Part shown: piece by piece, positions 1 through 9,703 of the stretch
Position numbering within the stretch: position 1 is the stretch's first letter
Layout of the letters: each line of letters opens with the position of its first letter
Assembly: GCA_023334545.1 (NCBI GenBank)
Contig: JAADVB010000011.1
Span: 1-64,000 of the forward strand
Direction: 5' to 3'
Source of the DNA: Salisapilia sapeloensis CBS 127946
Lineage: Eukaryota; Protista; Oomycota
Length of the DNA stretch: 64,000 bases
The notes under the pieces: generated by a model
Databases searched by the model: none
What the model saw: the letters and a program-made list of their open reading frames with translations, nothing else
What the model was told of the DNA's origin: nothing
Position numbers and translations under genes: made by a program

Positions 1-61
1 GCGGCCGTCTGTCGTCATGCCAGTCACAAGCGGAGAGATCCACCTGGACCTCCAGGCGCAT
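1..61 (-). CDS. Possible 5' end of a gene running off the left edge ([20 protein letters not shown]...)
   Basis: ATG at 61 on the minus strand, open to position 1, divergent from ARPC1. Only 20 codons are visible and no homology is recognised. Confidence 0.2.
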   Translation of the reverse strand, partial: MRLEVQVDLSACDWHDDRRP

Positions 62-330
62 CGACCGGCCACACACGCTTCCTAGACAAGACCAAGCTCA
101 TCCGAATCGCATCATATAGCAATCATCTGGTTTTGTGTTCGAAGTTTGATGCATTTCATATACATGCGGACGCATCTTATCGTGTAGTTTTCGTTGTGTC
201 CATCGTTAATGAAACAAAGTATTTTGAGTACTTGACGATCCTACAAAGAAAAAGTCAAATCGGCTTCTTTCTCGGTCCAAATCTCTTTTCATCGAATTGC
301 GCTTCAATCGGATCTCTCCTTCCCTCCACC

Positions 331-1764
331 ATGACAGACGCACAAGTGTGGCACTTAGCTGAAAGCATCTCTTGCCATGCCTGGAATAAAGACCGTTCGA
401 AACTCGCGATCTGCCCAAACTCGCACGAGATCTGGATTTACAGCGGCTGCCAGCAGCCAGACTCGTCCAAATGGCGTCGTGAAGCCGTCTTGACGGAGGT
501 TATTACTTTTGTTTGGTCAATTTGTTGCACGCTTGTACTAAGGAAATGCTGTAGCATGATATGATAGTGAGCGGCATGGACTGGTCGCCCGTCAATGACA
601 TGCTGGTCTCGTGTTCGCACGATCGCAGCGCTTTCGTATGGAAGTACGATGCTTCCTCTCGCCAGTACAAGCCGTCTCTCGTGGTTCTACGTATCACACG
701 TGCTGCCACAGGCGTCAAGTGGAGTCCGAACGGTACTATCTTTTTTTAACTATCTCGATAAACGCATGTTAAAGCAACTATCTAGGCTTGAAATTCGCCG
801 TCTCAAGTGGTGCCAAGTGTGTCTCCGTGTGTCATTATGAAGCTGGAGAAGATTGGTGGGTCAGCAAAATCATCAAGAAGCACAAATCGACGTAAGCATG
901 CTATTCCGTCCATCTCCACTAGTTATTAACATGCTCTATCCAGTGTCACAAGTCTCGCATGGCATCCAAACAGCCAACTTCTCGTAACAGGAAGCACCGA
1001 TCTCAAGTGCCGTGTCTTCTCGGCGCATGTGTCCTACCTAGACACGGAATCAGACGCTGGGCCATTCGCAGAGCTCGCTCCGTTCGGCCAGCCCATGGCC
1101 GAGTTTGACAATGCTAACGCATGGGTGAACGCCGTCGCGTGGTCTCCCAAGGGCACTCGCCTCGCCTTCGCCGGCCACGGCTCTTCCATCCACGTCGTGT
1201 CGTTCGGAGCGCCGGGCGAAGTCCCAACGGTCCAGTCGATTCGGTTCAAGTACTTGCCATTGATGCGCGTCATGTTCTTGTCGGAGGATGCACTCGCAGG
1301 CGTCGGCTTTGATTTTAACGTGCTTCTTTTCAGTGCCAACGCAAGTGGCTTCTGGACGTTGCAAGGACTGCTGGACAAGAAAGACACTGCCAGCAGTACC
1401 AGCTCTTCATCTGGTGGCTTCAGCGACGCTCGGAAGATGTGGGAATCCAAAGTCTCGCGAGGACAGTCCGCCGACGCAACGTCAAGCGACCGTGGACACT
1501 TGTGGACGTAAATTATCTACTCTTATAAACAGGGAGTAAAGGGATTGATGTCGTATGTGTAGAAAGCACCAGAGTACGGTGACGGATCTCCAGCCGCACT
1601 CGGCTGACAATGGCAACATTCAAGACTTTTCCACCTCTGGTATGTCTTCTTACATCTTACTTGCAAAAGTATGATCTGACTTGTGTACGATAGCATTGGA
1701 TGGGCGTGTGGTACTATGGAAGTTACCGAACTTGACGACTGCCATGAGCAACCTGCACGTCTAA
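331..1764 (+). CDS. ARPC1: Arp2/3 complex subunit 1 (p41-Arc, WD40), 6 exons, 387 aa
   Basis: Exons 331-498, 555-732, 786-891, 944-1507, 1563-1639, 1694-1764 are joined by GT-AG introns of 56, 53, 52, 55 and 54 nt, and the frame is kept. Motifs: [72 protein letters not shown]. Confidence 0.95.
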
Positions 1765-1798
1765 AGATCAAGACAATACCAATCATGTTCTCTCTCTT

Positions 1799-3166
1799 CT
1801 ATTCATAGCGTTCTTTAATACGCGCATACTCTTGTCGATACTTGTTCTCCATGATCGATGCTTCTCGAAAGTCCTGCCACTCTGGAAACTCTGCTAACAG
1901 TGCCTGGCGATCGTATCCTAGCAAGAGCTGGATGCCCTGACTAACGTCGTTTAATGTCCTTGCCAAGTCGATGTGATTGTCACTGAGGTACGTCCGCTGC
2001 AGCTCTAAGAGTTCGACACTACTGCGTAGGAAGAGAAGCATGTACTCTGTCACATCTTTCTGCGGTCGGTTCTTTAGCAGCCGATCGCAGCAGTCGGCCA
2101 CGAGACGATGGATGCGGAGGAGGACTATGTGGTCGTGTGCAACGATTTCTAGCGCTTCTGACAGAGCTTCGAGAGCCATCGTCAACGCCTTGGCGCAGTC
2201 CTCCTCGAGCATCTCCTCTGCAGCGATGACGACACCTTCGATCTGTGTGATAGTCATAGGAGTTTCCTCTGGCGTAGACTGAGGAGTGGGAGGTGGGAGG
2301 ACGGAATCTCCTCGTTGACACAAGTCGCAGTTGCATTCAAAGCCGAATTGAGACGACAATGCCTCTTGTCTCGATTCTCTCGACTGTTCACGAGGATCGA
2401 GGTAGGAGATGGTGAGTGGTGTGCCTTCCGGAACGTCCGATGCAAGGCGTACTTCGGAAAGCAAGGAGGAAGTACTATCTTCTGGTGTGAATTTAACGCA
2501 ATTCGGATTGCACGAGTGATTGAAAATGGCGTTATGGAGGAATATGCCACTGGCAAAGGCATTGCATTGCATCGCAAAGAGTGGCTGCAATAGCTGGTCC
2601 ATCGTCATGGTATCTGTTTTGGAGGTATACTGCTTGCAAATGTCTTGAAGGAATGGTTCGTATCGTTCTCGTCCTTTTTCCAAGACATCTTGAGGCAGTT
2701 CCTTTAACTCCTTTGGAAACAAATGTGACAAGTCGTCTAGAAGGTCTGCATAGTCACCTCTTTCCAGAATACTTGATAGAGTAGTGGGAAAGAAGGCTGG
2801 ATCCGTTGGTGCCAAGTTCTTTGGCCATGGGAAGAACACTTCTTCCACCAGTAACTTCGTACCGGCTTTTAAATCTGTTTTTGCAACGTACCCACGACCT
2901 CCACCACCTTCATAGCTATCATTCAGTTGGATCGGACCAGTGAATACGGGTGGAAAGTGTTCCCATCCTTTATAAGGACTTTCGCGCTTGTGCGTCGAGA
3001 CTGTCGACTGGTCTTTCGACTCTGTATCCTGGTCCGGTCGCTGTACTCGCAACGTTTCGAGACTGACGGGCGGTTCCAACGACACAGGCGAATTCGAAGC
3101 AACAGCTTCGTCATCGCTGTCGTCGTCAAAGAGCCCGAAGGCTGCCTGCAGAGAGCTCTTCGACAT
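1799..3166 (-). CDS. SMYD-like split SET-domain lysine methyltransferase, 455 aa
   Basis: N-SET GRGYVAKTDLKAG; C-SET IFNHSCNPNC and PLTISYL; post-SET FGFECNCDLC; helical C-terminus. Single exon. Confidence 0.88.
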   Translation of the reverse strand: MSKSSLQAAFGLFDDDSDDEAVASNSPVSLEPPVSLETLRVQRPDQDTESKDQSTVSTHKRESPYKGWEHFPPVFTGPIQLNDSYEGGGGRGYVAKTDLKAGTKLLVEEVFFPWPKNLAPTDPAFFPTTLSSILERGDYADLLDDLSHLFPKELKELPQDVLEKGRERYEPFLQDICKQYTSKTDTMTMDQLLQPLFAMQCNAFASGIFLHNAIFNHSCNPNCVKFTPEDSTSSLLSEVRLASDVPEGTPLTISYLDPREQSRESRQEALSSQFGFECNCDLCQRGDSVLPPPTPQSTPEETPMTITQIEGVVIAAEEMLEEDCAKALTMALEALSEALEIVAHDHIVLLRIHRLVADCCDRLLKNRPQKDVTEYMLLFLRSSVELLELQRTYLSDNHIDLARTLNDVSQGIQLLLGYDRQALLAEFPEWQDFREASIMENKYRQEYARIKERYE

Positions 3167-3367
3167 GCTTATAATTCGTTGGCTGGCGGATACACAATTT
3201 GACTTGATGTTTGTATGTCACCGAGGAAGCCATGACCCAGATCCTAGCCTGATTCCGAAAGCAACTGGACTTTTCTACTGAGCAGCTTGAGATATATTCT
3301 TAGCACAGCTTTTTCTTATTGTAACGGCTTTACTTGAACGAGTCTTCCATCCACTACACTCTTCTTT

Positions 3368-3376
3368 GCTCATTCG
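3368..3376 (+). promoter_or_regulatory. Candidate oomycete-type initiator (INR) element GCTCATTCG
   Basis: Matches the first 9 nt of the oomycete core-promoter consensus GCTCATTYB, about 90 nt upstream of ATG 3461. The downstream FPR part does not match well. Confidence 0.3.
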
Positions 3377-3460
3377 GCAACTGAAGTCCAGATTTCCACG
3401 ACAGGAAGCCGATACAGGCAAAAGACAGGGCAGCGAGTATCCGGACTAGTGATCCACACG

Positions 3461-4885
3461 ATGCGTCGCAGTCGTGGTTCGTCTGTCTCCGGTGGGTCCT
3501 CCAGCTCCTCCACTTCTCCCGAAATGGGTGTCACCAACGTCTTCTCTCCCAACTTTCGCCACCGTCCGTCCAAAGGCGGGTACCTCGCCGACCCACTGGT
3601 ACATGCCATGGTGCACGCCAATGGAAATCAAACTGCTGCCACTGTGAACACAAAGCAGTGGCCAGAGAAGAGACGGAGGAGCACAGTGGTGAAGCAGAAG
3701 CCGGTCTTCATACCGAGCTGGGATCAACACGAAATGGATAGGAGATATCGACTACGCGAATTACCGAGTTTCAAGAGTCTACACGACGCCTTCATGCCGG
3801 CCGAACTCGCTGACAATAACGTCCCACAAGACGTCTTGGAACGGGAGTTTGAGAGAGAAACCCAGCAGCCTGACACGAGCATCGGGCCAGAGCTCAAGCC
3901 TGATGTCTCGGGTTTCCAGTCGTCGTCCTCCAACCAAGACAGTGACAGTGATCCGAACGATGAAGATGAAGAATACTACTCTCAAGCCTCCAAGTATCAC
4001 TACAGAAAGTCTCTGCAGCTCACAGACAAACAAAGGCGTGATACGATATCGCCGAATGTCTTATTGGAGCATCAGGTTCAGGATCAACTGACTGTCAGTG
4101 TCCGTCGACTCGTGCTTGGCCTGGAAGACAGTCTAAAGGATGAGTCTAATCAGACATTAGACATGCAAGAGAATGCGAGTGATTTAGATAAGCGCAAACG
4201 AGGGGACTCGTGTCCAAGTCCATTCGACACTGCTGAAGACCAGGCTCGTCGGACGTCTGCCACTGCTTCTATCCACTCGTCCATTTTGTCACCGCCTGAA
4301 CGGAATAACCGTCGGATGAGTGCCCAACGCTTTACTCCAAAGATGCTACAGTCATTTCCGTTTCGAAAGAATAAGAAGCGATCGTACTTGTTAACCGATG
4401 ATGAACTAGCACAGGAAGAGAATGCGAGGTGGAAGGTCATTGAGCTAGCCTTTCGATTCGGAGGCGAGCATCGATTCTATCTCGTACAAGCTTTAAACAT
4501 GTTCTTTCCACTAAAAAAGTTTGGTCGGAGAGGAGAGCCGCACGATACTCGACTGCATTGTAATCATTGCGGCAGTATCCAATGGCAGCACAAGCGAGGG
4601 GCATTAAGCAAACCTGTGGATCTTGCAGACGTGCTCCAAGTGCTGGAAGGCTGTAAGACGGCTGTGTTTCAGAAACGCTCATCCGACCCTGCGCTCGGCT
4701 ATAGGTGTCTATCACTCATCTTGGGCGAACGTACGATTGATCTAGAAACAGCGAGCCGTAGCCATCGCGACTGGCTCGCCAGTGCCTTAAGAACACTCAT
4801 CCAGTATGTGAAGCAGCAGCGCGTACTCGAACGTCGAGCGATTCAAGAAAAGTCGCTGCTTGGAGACGACGATAGTGAGAGCTAG
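3461..4885 (+). CDS. Protein with a disordered N-terminus and a C-terminal PLC-type PH domain, about 474 aa
   Basis: First ATG at 3461 (the track starts at GTG 3449). The C-terminal KKFGRRGEPH...VLEGCKTAVF...RCLSLILGERTIDLETASRSHRDWLASAL resembles PLC/ELMO-type PH domains. Confidence 0.7.
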   Translation: MRRSRGSSVSGGSSSSSTSPEMGVTNVFSPNFRHRPSKGGYLADPLVHAMVHANGNQTAATVNTKQWPEKRRRSTVVKQKPVFIPSWDQHEMDRRYRLRELPSFKSLHDAFMPAELADNNVPQDVLEREFERETQQPDTSIGPELKPDVSGFQSSSSNQDSDSDPNDEDEEYYSQASKYHYRKSLQLTDKQRRDTISPNVLLEHQVQDQLTVSVRRLVLGLEDSLKDESNQTLDMQENASDLDKRKRGDSCPSPFDTAEDQARRTSATASIHSSILSPPERNNRRMSAQRFTPKMLQSFPFRKNKKRSYLLTDDELAQEENARWKVIELAFRFGGEHRFYLVQALNMFFPLKKFGRRGEPHDTRLHCNHCGSIQWQHKRGALSKPVDLADVLQVLEGCKTAVFQKRSSDPALGYRCLSLILGERTIDLETASRSHRDWLASALRTLIQYVKQQRVLERRAIQEKSLLGDDDSES

Positions 4886-4992
4886 ATATTGTTGTCTACT
4901 TTCTGATTCCTTTACCGCTTACGAATGTAGTGAGCGAGATGACGAGTATGAGAAGGAATTGTATTGCTAGGAAATATATACCATTACAAGTG

Positions 4993-6867
4993 CTAGACAA
5001 ACGACGATTGATAGATGGATTGCCTTGCTTTGTTCAATGCCACCGACGTTTCGATGTTGTCTACGAGAGACGGATAGCTGAGACGAAGGTATTGCTTCAG
5101 TGTCTTGATGGCATCAAGCGCTTCGGATGGCGATGGGCACTGCTCTAGCTTGTGTCCAACCTCAGGCTCGGATGACTCTAGGTTCATGGGATTTTCTTCA
5201 TCTTTGAGCAGTCCATGCTTTTTGAGGACACTGTTGATGATCAGTGGCTCATCCACACTGGCGTCCGTCGCGAGAGTGGAGTCGTTCATGTTTACTAGCT
5301 CATCCGCTAGATTGCTTTCAGGCACACCGACACACTGCAGTAATCTCGGAGCTTCCTGTGAAATGCGATCGAGGAGATGCTGCAGCTCTTCATGGTTTGG
5401 TGTCGGGTCCACTTCGATCATGTCTGCGTCACGCAAGAGATCTGTCATACTCGGCTGTAGCACCGAAGCTGTATTCATCTGGGCAACCTTGGTTGTTGGT
5501 ATCAATCCACTTCGAATCCACGCCGTTTGGATCAAACTTTTCTCGATGCTTTGCAGCGCGACTTGCAGCCAGTAGATCATATTACCATGGTGCAAGAGTT
5601 GCTCTGTCAAGTGTTCGTACGAGACACCAGGCGCTAGAGACTGGTTGTGCGCGGAAAAGAGTGTTTCGAGCATTTCCATGCGAAAGCGAGCTTTGAAGTT
5701 CTGCATGATGCCAAGACACACTGGATGAGTTTGTGATAAGGAGAAGTTGGGAGGCAAAATAATGATCGCAAGATGGTCAGAACGGAAGAATGTACGAGGG
5801 TCGCCGAGTTGATCCAGCATCATTACAGCTTTAATATGTGGTGCGGTGGCGTCCAGGATGACAGTAAAACGACGATGACGTCTCTTAGCAAGAGCATTCA
5901 GCTCTCGTAGTACTGTCAGCATCGTATGGGCTGTCTGAAGTCCATTCTTGGAGTAGTCGAACAGTACATGCGGTTGGCTTGGCGTCGTGGCACGAAATAA
6001 CTCATTGCTTTTGACGATTAAATGGAGATCAAAGACTTCACCAGCAGCGCTCACAAACATAGAAGCAGTGAACTGCCCGTTATCCAGCGGTGTCTTATCC
6101 GTGTCATTTATGGACGTTTCTTCCTTGCAACATCCGACCATGAATTCATGGCCAGCCCAGATATCCTGCAGCTCCATCTGATCAAACGCCTCGTGGAATT
6201 CTCGAATACGGGTTTGTAAGTCCACTTCCGGTACGTCTTTGACCTGTTGCTTTGCATTGAGCGGACCGAAGCGATTTCTGAAGCCGTCCAGCCATCCGTT
6301 GGATGCTGAAAAGCGCTCAAGAGTACTTCGTGCCTTGTCGGAAAGATTTGCTCGTTCATCCGACAGAATCATCTTCGTAAACTCCAACGCCTTTCGTTGC
6401 AGCGTAGATCCAGTGATTTGGACGTCTGGCATGCTAATGCGTGTCTCCATCCGCCACTTGTGTAGAGCTTCATCGACGATATTCAGGTCATACTCGTACG
6501 AAGCCGTCTTCCTCATCTTCTTTGCATCGTCAGCCGAATCCGTCTCGCGACGAATTGTCGTCTCGTTCTTCAAGATACTGGTGACGGTAGTTCGACCGAC
6601 TTGGAATTTACGAGCTAGTTCACTCTGTGTGAATTTCTGGCTTTGTGCGAGGTCCAATAGCTCTCGTTTCTGACCTAGTGTTAGTCGTGTGCGTTTCGCA
6701 CCAGAACGAGGATGGCCTGACGCCACCATTGCATCACCTTCATCTGCAACAAGTTTCGATTGACTCGTTTCCAACTCTCTCGCCGCTTCCAAATGTGTTT
6801 GGAGCTGAGAAGGTGTCATGGAAGCCACTGACATGCTTGTCTTCGACTGAGAACCAGATTCCTGCAT
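4993..6867 (-). CDS. CENP-B/Tigger-pogo transposase-derived protein (HTH-psq + HTH_Tc5 + degenerate DDE_1), probably domesticated, 624 aa
   Basis: RTRLTLGQKRELL...SELARKFQVGRTTVTSILKN (CENP-B N-terminal HTH); DEALHKW...ITGSTLQRKALEF...FSASNGWLDGFRNRFG (HTH_Tc5); VILDATAPH and IILPPN...HPVCLGIMQNFKARFR (DDE_1 remnants). The ORF is intact and I found no TIRs. Confidence 0.85.
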   Translation of the reverse strand: MQESGSQSKTSMSVASMTPSQLQTHLEAARELETSQSKLVADEGDAMVASGHPRSGAKRTRLTLGQKRELLDLAQSQKFTQSELARKFQVGRTTVTSILKNETTIRRETDSADDAKKMRKTASYEYDLNIVDEALHKWRMETRISMPDVQITGSTLQRKALEFTKMILSDERANLSDKARSTLERFSASNGWLDGFRNRFGPLNAKQQVKDVPEVDLQTRIREFHEAFDQMELQDIWAGHEFMVGCCKEETSINDTDKTPLDNGQFTASMFVSAAGEVFDLHLIVKSNELFRATTPSQPHVLFDYSKNGLQTAHTMLTVLRELNALAKRRHRRFTVILDATAPHIKAVMMLDQLGDPRTFFRSDHLAIIILPPNFSLSQTHPVCLGIMQNFKARFRMEMLETLFSAHNQSLAPGVSYEHLTEQLLHHGNMIYWLQVALQSIEKSLIQTAWIRSGLIPTTKVAQMNTASVLQPSMTDLLRDADMIEVDPTPNHEELQHLLDRISQEAPRLLQCVGVPESNLADELVNMNDSTLATDASVDEPLIINSVLKKHGLLKDEENPMNLESSEPEVGHKLEQCPSPSEALDAIKTLKQYLRLSYPSLVDNIETSVALNKARQSIYQSSFV

Positions 6868-7009
6868 TTGGCTCACCTCGGTACTGTGTGTTTGCGAATA
6901 ATGGAAAGAAGGCCTGTGTTTCTAGATCTCCCTTTCGATAGTAACCATTCATCTTATTCCGTACTTGATCGAGGAAGTGTAGCCATCACTGACATAAATC
7001 GCAAGCAGC

Positions 7010-8200
7010 ATGGTGAGTGGCGGTGGGAAGCGAGCGAATGGCTCGCCAGAAGGACGGTATCCGAGCTCCCGAACGCTCGTTTGGCGATCGAATACAGCAC
7101 ATGAAAAATCTAGACATTTAGAGGTTATCAAGTCGCTCTCCACGGCACAGCAAGTAGAGCTATGTCTGCCATTTGCTGCTGGACACGAAACGGCACAGCA
7201 ATTGCGTTGGCATTCTGCTTTTTACTACGAATTTCATGCATCAATTGCAGCTCTATTATCGCCCAAGTTTATCCAGGAGTATATCCAACAAGGTTCTGTA
7301 TCCATGATACTTAAAAACACTCCAATTGACAGTCACAACACCGCTATGCTTCTGCCAACCGGAGAGCTCTTGCTCTTAGTGGACGCAAACGTATACAGCC
7401 GACTGGGTGTAGTCGGTTCAAGATATGGACAGCGAGGTCCAGTACCTCCTCACTGCAGTGTAGGCTCCGCAAAGGACACGAATAGTCGACGATATATCAT
7501 CCAGCTGAACCTGCACTCGGAGGAATTTACATCCGAAAACCCCAAACACGTTGCTCGACGTACCGTTATCCAGGACAATCTGCGTAAAGTATTTCCACCA
7601 GTGGATATGATCATGTGTGCATTCAATGAAAGAGGTGTTTGTCGCACGATAAACGTAGACGATAATGAAATCCAGACCACTCGGCAGCGCGTCAATGTAG
7701 ATGGCTCCACTGATCTGCTTAAAGACATATTTGTGCCGCACTTTGATGCATACTTTAACCCCGCGTCAAACACAGACACTAGCCTTCGTGACAGTGTACA
7801 CCAGACTCAGGAATGGCTTGGACTGGTGTCATGCAGAGTGACAGAATTACTGCAGCGAGTTCCTCCACATGAATACGTGTCGTCTTATACAGGAGTGGAC
7901 GATCCATTCGAGTTTACCACAGACCAACTTAGTTGTGTCCGATGGCGTGGATACCTCCATCCACTATTCTGTGAAAGTGTTTTCGAGAAAGCACAGGAAA
8001 ATGTTCGTAGTGGAAGTATCCCATGGGCAGCACTTACAGTTTGGGGCTTTCCTGATGTCATCGTGTCGTGGATGCGAGATCAGAAGAAGAGCGAGCATGG
8101 ATACTTGGTGAATGGGAGTAATATGTACACCATTCTACTGCTGCCTGGTGACAATTATATCCTGACGCAGACACTCGGTCCACACGATACTACCGTTTAG
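7010..8200 (+). CDS. RPP40: Ribonuclease P/MRP subunit p40-like, 396 aa
   Basis: The C-terminal PWAALTVWGFPDVIVSW...EHGYLVNGSNMYTILL matches the Rpp40 signature as I recall it. Single exon. Confidence 0.78.
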   Translation: MVSGGGKRANGSPEGRYPSSRTLVWRSNTAHEKSRHLEVIKSLSTAQQVELCLPFAAGHETAQQLRWHSAFYYEFHASIAALLSPKFIQEYIQQGSVSMILKNTPIDSHNTAMLLPTGELLLLVDANVYSRLGVVGSRYGQRGPVPPHCSVGSAKDTNSRRYIIQLNLHSEEFTSENPKHVARRTVIQDNLRKVFPPVDMIMCAFNERGVCRTINVDDNEIQTTRQRVNVDGSTDLLKDIFVPHFDAYFNPASNTDTSLRDSVHQTQEWLGLVSCRVTELLQRVPPHEYVSSYTGVDDPFEFTTDQLSCVRWRGYLHPLFCESVFEKAQENVRSGSIPWAALTVWGFPDVIVSWMRDQKKSEHGYLVNGSNMYTILLLPGDNYILTQTLGPHDTTV

Positions 8201-8943
8201 TGTAAGAATGAGCCAGACGATGCTTACATCAACCTACTCCATGGTGCCTTATGCGCTCAGTACATTCGGCGCAACACCCGAGAGTAGAGATTAAGAGTAT
8301 TCAAATCAACTAGCGTTGATCCGTGAAGCAAGCGAAATCAAGTCTTTGCATTCGGTGCTTCGACATTCGACTTATTGTCGTTGGAGGTAAAGTTGAGAAG
8401 GTGGAAGTTGACACTCCGACTAGACGAGATAAGCTGGTAAACACAAGTAGAGAAATTAATCTTTAACGCTGTTGGGCCAAGCTCGTTTTGTCTATTTGGA
8501 CTCTATACATAGCCACGTGGACATGGCAGTTCCTTTGCCCTTTAGACTTAGAGATAAGATTTGGGTAGCCCTTCGTTGTAGTGAACGAGAGAGAGACTGC
8601 CAATCGACTTGCGTATATCGACAAAAAGATAAACGCCGAATAAAGTATCCAAGTCAATCCTTACAGCCTAGTTATCGATTATCATGCCACAAGCGTCAGA
8701 TTTCTTGACAGCTATGAATCAATGATGGATGATACGATTATATGCTGTCTAACTACTGACACTGCAAGTCCGCAAGATAACTATTAAAAACCTGTTCTGC
8801 AGTAGTTTATATCGATCCATACCTTTTCTAAAGCAAAGCATGCATAAAACAACTTTAATTATTTGCCCCCCATTTTCAAACACACCTTGAACTTCAAGTA
8901 CCCTGAGAACACAATCGCATTGGACAAAAGACGTTTTCGTTCG

Positions 8944-9612
8944 ATGAGTTTAAAGCTGTATGCAAACTTAACTAGCCAGCCATCTCGGGCAGTGGCATGG
9001 CTTTTGAAAGCCAAGAGCGTCAACTTTGACCTTGTCTTTACTCTTCCGCCGAAAAAGTTGCCAGACAACTTTTACGAGATGAATCCAAATGGGACGATCC
9101 CAGTTCTCCAAGATGGATCTTTCTATCTTTATGAGAGCAACGCAATTCTAATCTACCTGTCGGAAAAGCACCAGTGGTCCGACATGTACCCGACCGATCT
9201 GCAGCAACGAGCAAAGGTCAACGAGTACCTTCACTGGCATCATGGCAAGGTCCGCCCGTGCACGACGGAGGTCTTCCGCCCGTACTTGATGCGCGGTGTC
9301 GGTCGAGCGACTGAGAAGGATCTGAATATGATCGCAGGAAAGCAGGAGAAACTGGACGGTATCATGGACCATATCGAAAAACGCCTCGATACAGGGTACG
9401 TAGGACGTACGTCTGCACCGACGATCGCCGACATTGCTTGCTTTTGCGAATTGGATCAACTCGAGATCATGGGTGTGTACGATTTCCAGCCATTTCCAAA
9501 GATCTCTACGTGGATGGAAAAGATGAAACAAGTACCAGGACATGATCAAGCACATGAGCCACTGCATGCATTCTTAACGAAATTTAACATGCACCCGGTA
9601 TCCGATCCTTAA
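8944..9612 (+). CDS. Glutathione S-transferase, theta class, 222 aa
   Basis: ATG at 8944: MSLKLYANLTSQPSRAV (catalytic Ser), NPNGTIPVLQDGSFYLYESNAILIYL, QRAKVNEYLHWHH, PTIADI. Confidence 0.93.
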   Translation: MSLKLYANLTSQPSRAVAWLLKAKSVNFDLVFTLPPKKLPDNFYEMNPNGTIPVLQDGSFYLYESNAILIYLSEKHQWSDMYPTDLQQRAKVNEYLHWHHGKVRPCTTEVFRPYLMRGVGRATEKDLNMIAGKQEKLDGIMDHIEKRLDTGYVGRTSAPTIADIACFCELDQLEIMGVYDFQPFPKISTWMEKMKQVPGHDQAHEPLHAFLTKFNMHPVSDP

Positions 9613-9703
9613 GAGATCAGCACGTCAGAATCAACAATATGTTTGTTTTTCCTACTGGTTCAATTACATCTTCCTTGGTCCGACTTGACATATTTCTATC
9701 ATC

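Noticed and set aside
3461-4885. RxLR-like string (RRYRLRE) suggesting an oomycete effector
   Set aside because: There is no signal peptide, the motif is about 95 residues in, and the protein has a cytosolic PH domain.
4886-7009. An active pogo/Tigger element with TIRs
   Set aside because: I found no terminal inverted repeats or TA target-site pattern in the short flanks, and two catalytic Asp residues are substituted. It is reported as domesticated instead.
8201-8943. One of the three largest intergenic gaps (this one, 12997-13733 and 54079-54802, each about 725-745 bp), checked for RNA genes, small ORFs and repeats
   Set aside because: I found no tRNA, snRNA or snoRNA signature, no convincing ORF and no repeat shared among the gaps. 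The similar lengths look coincidental.
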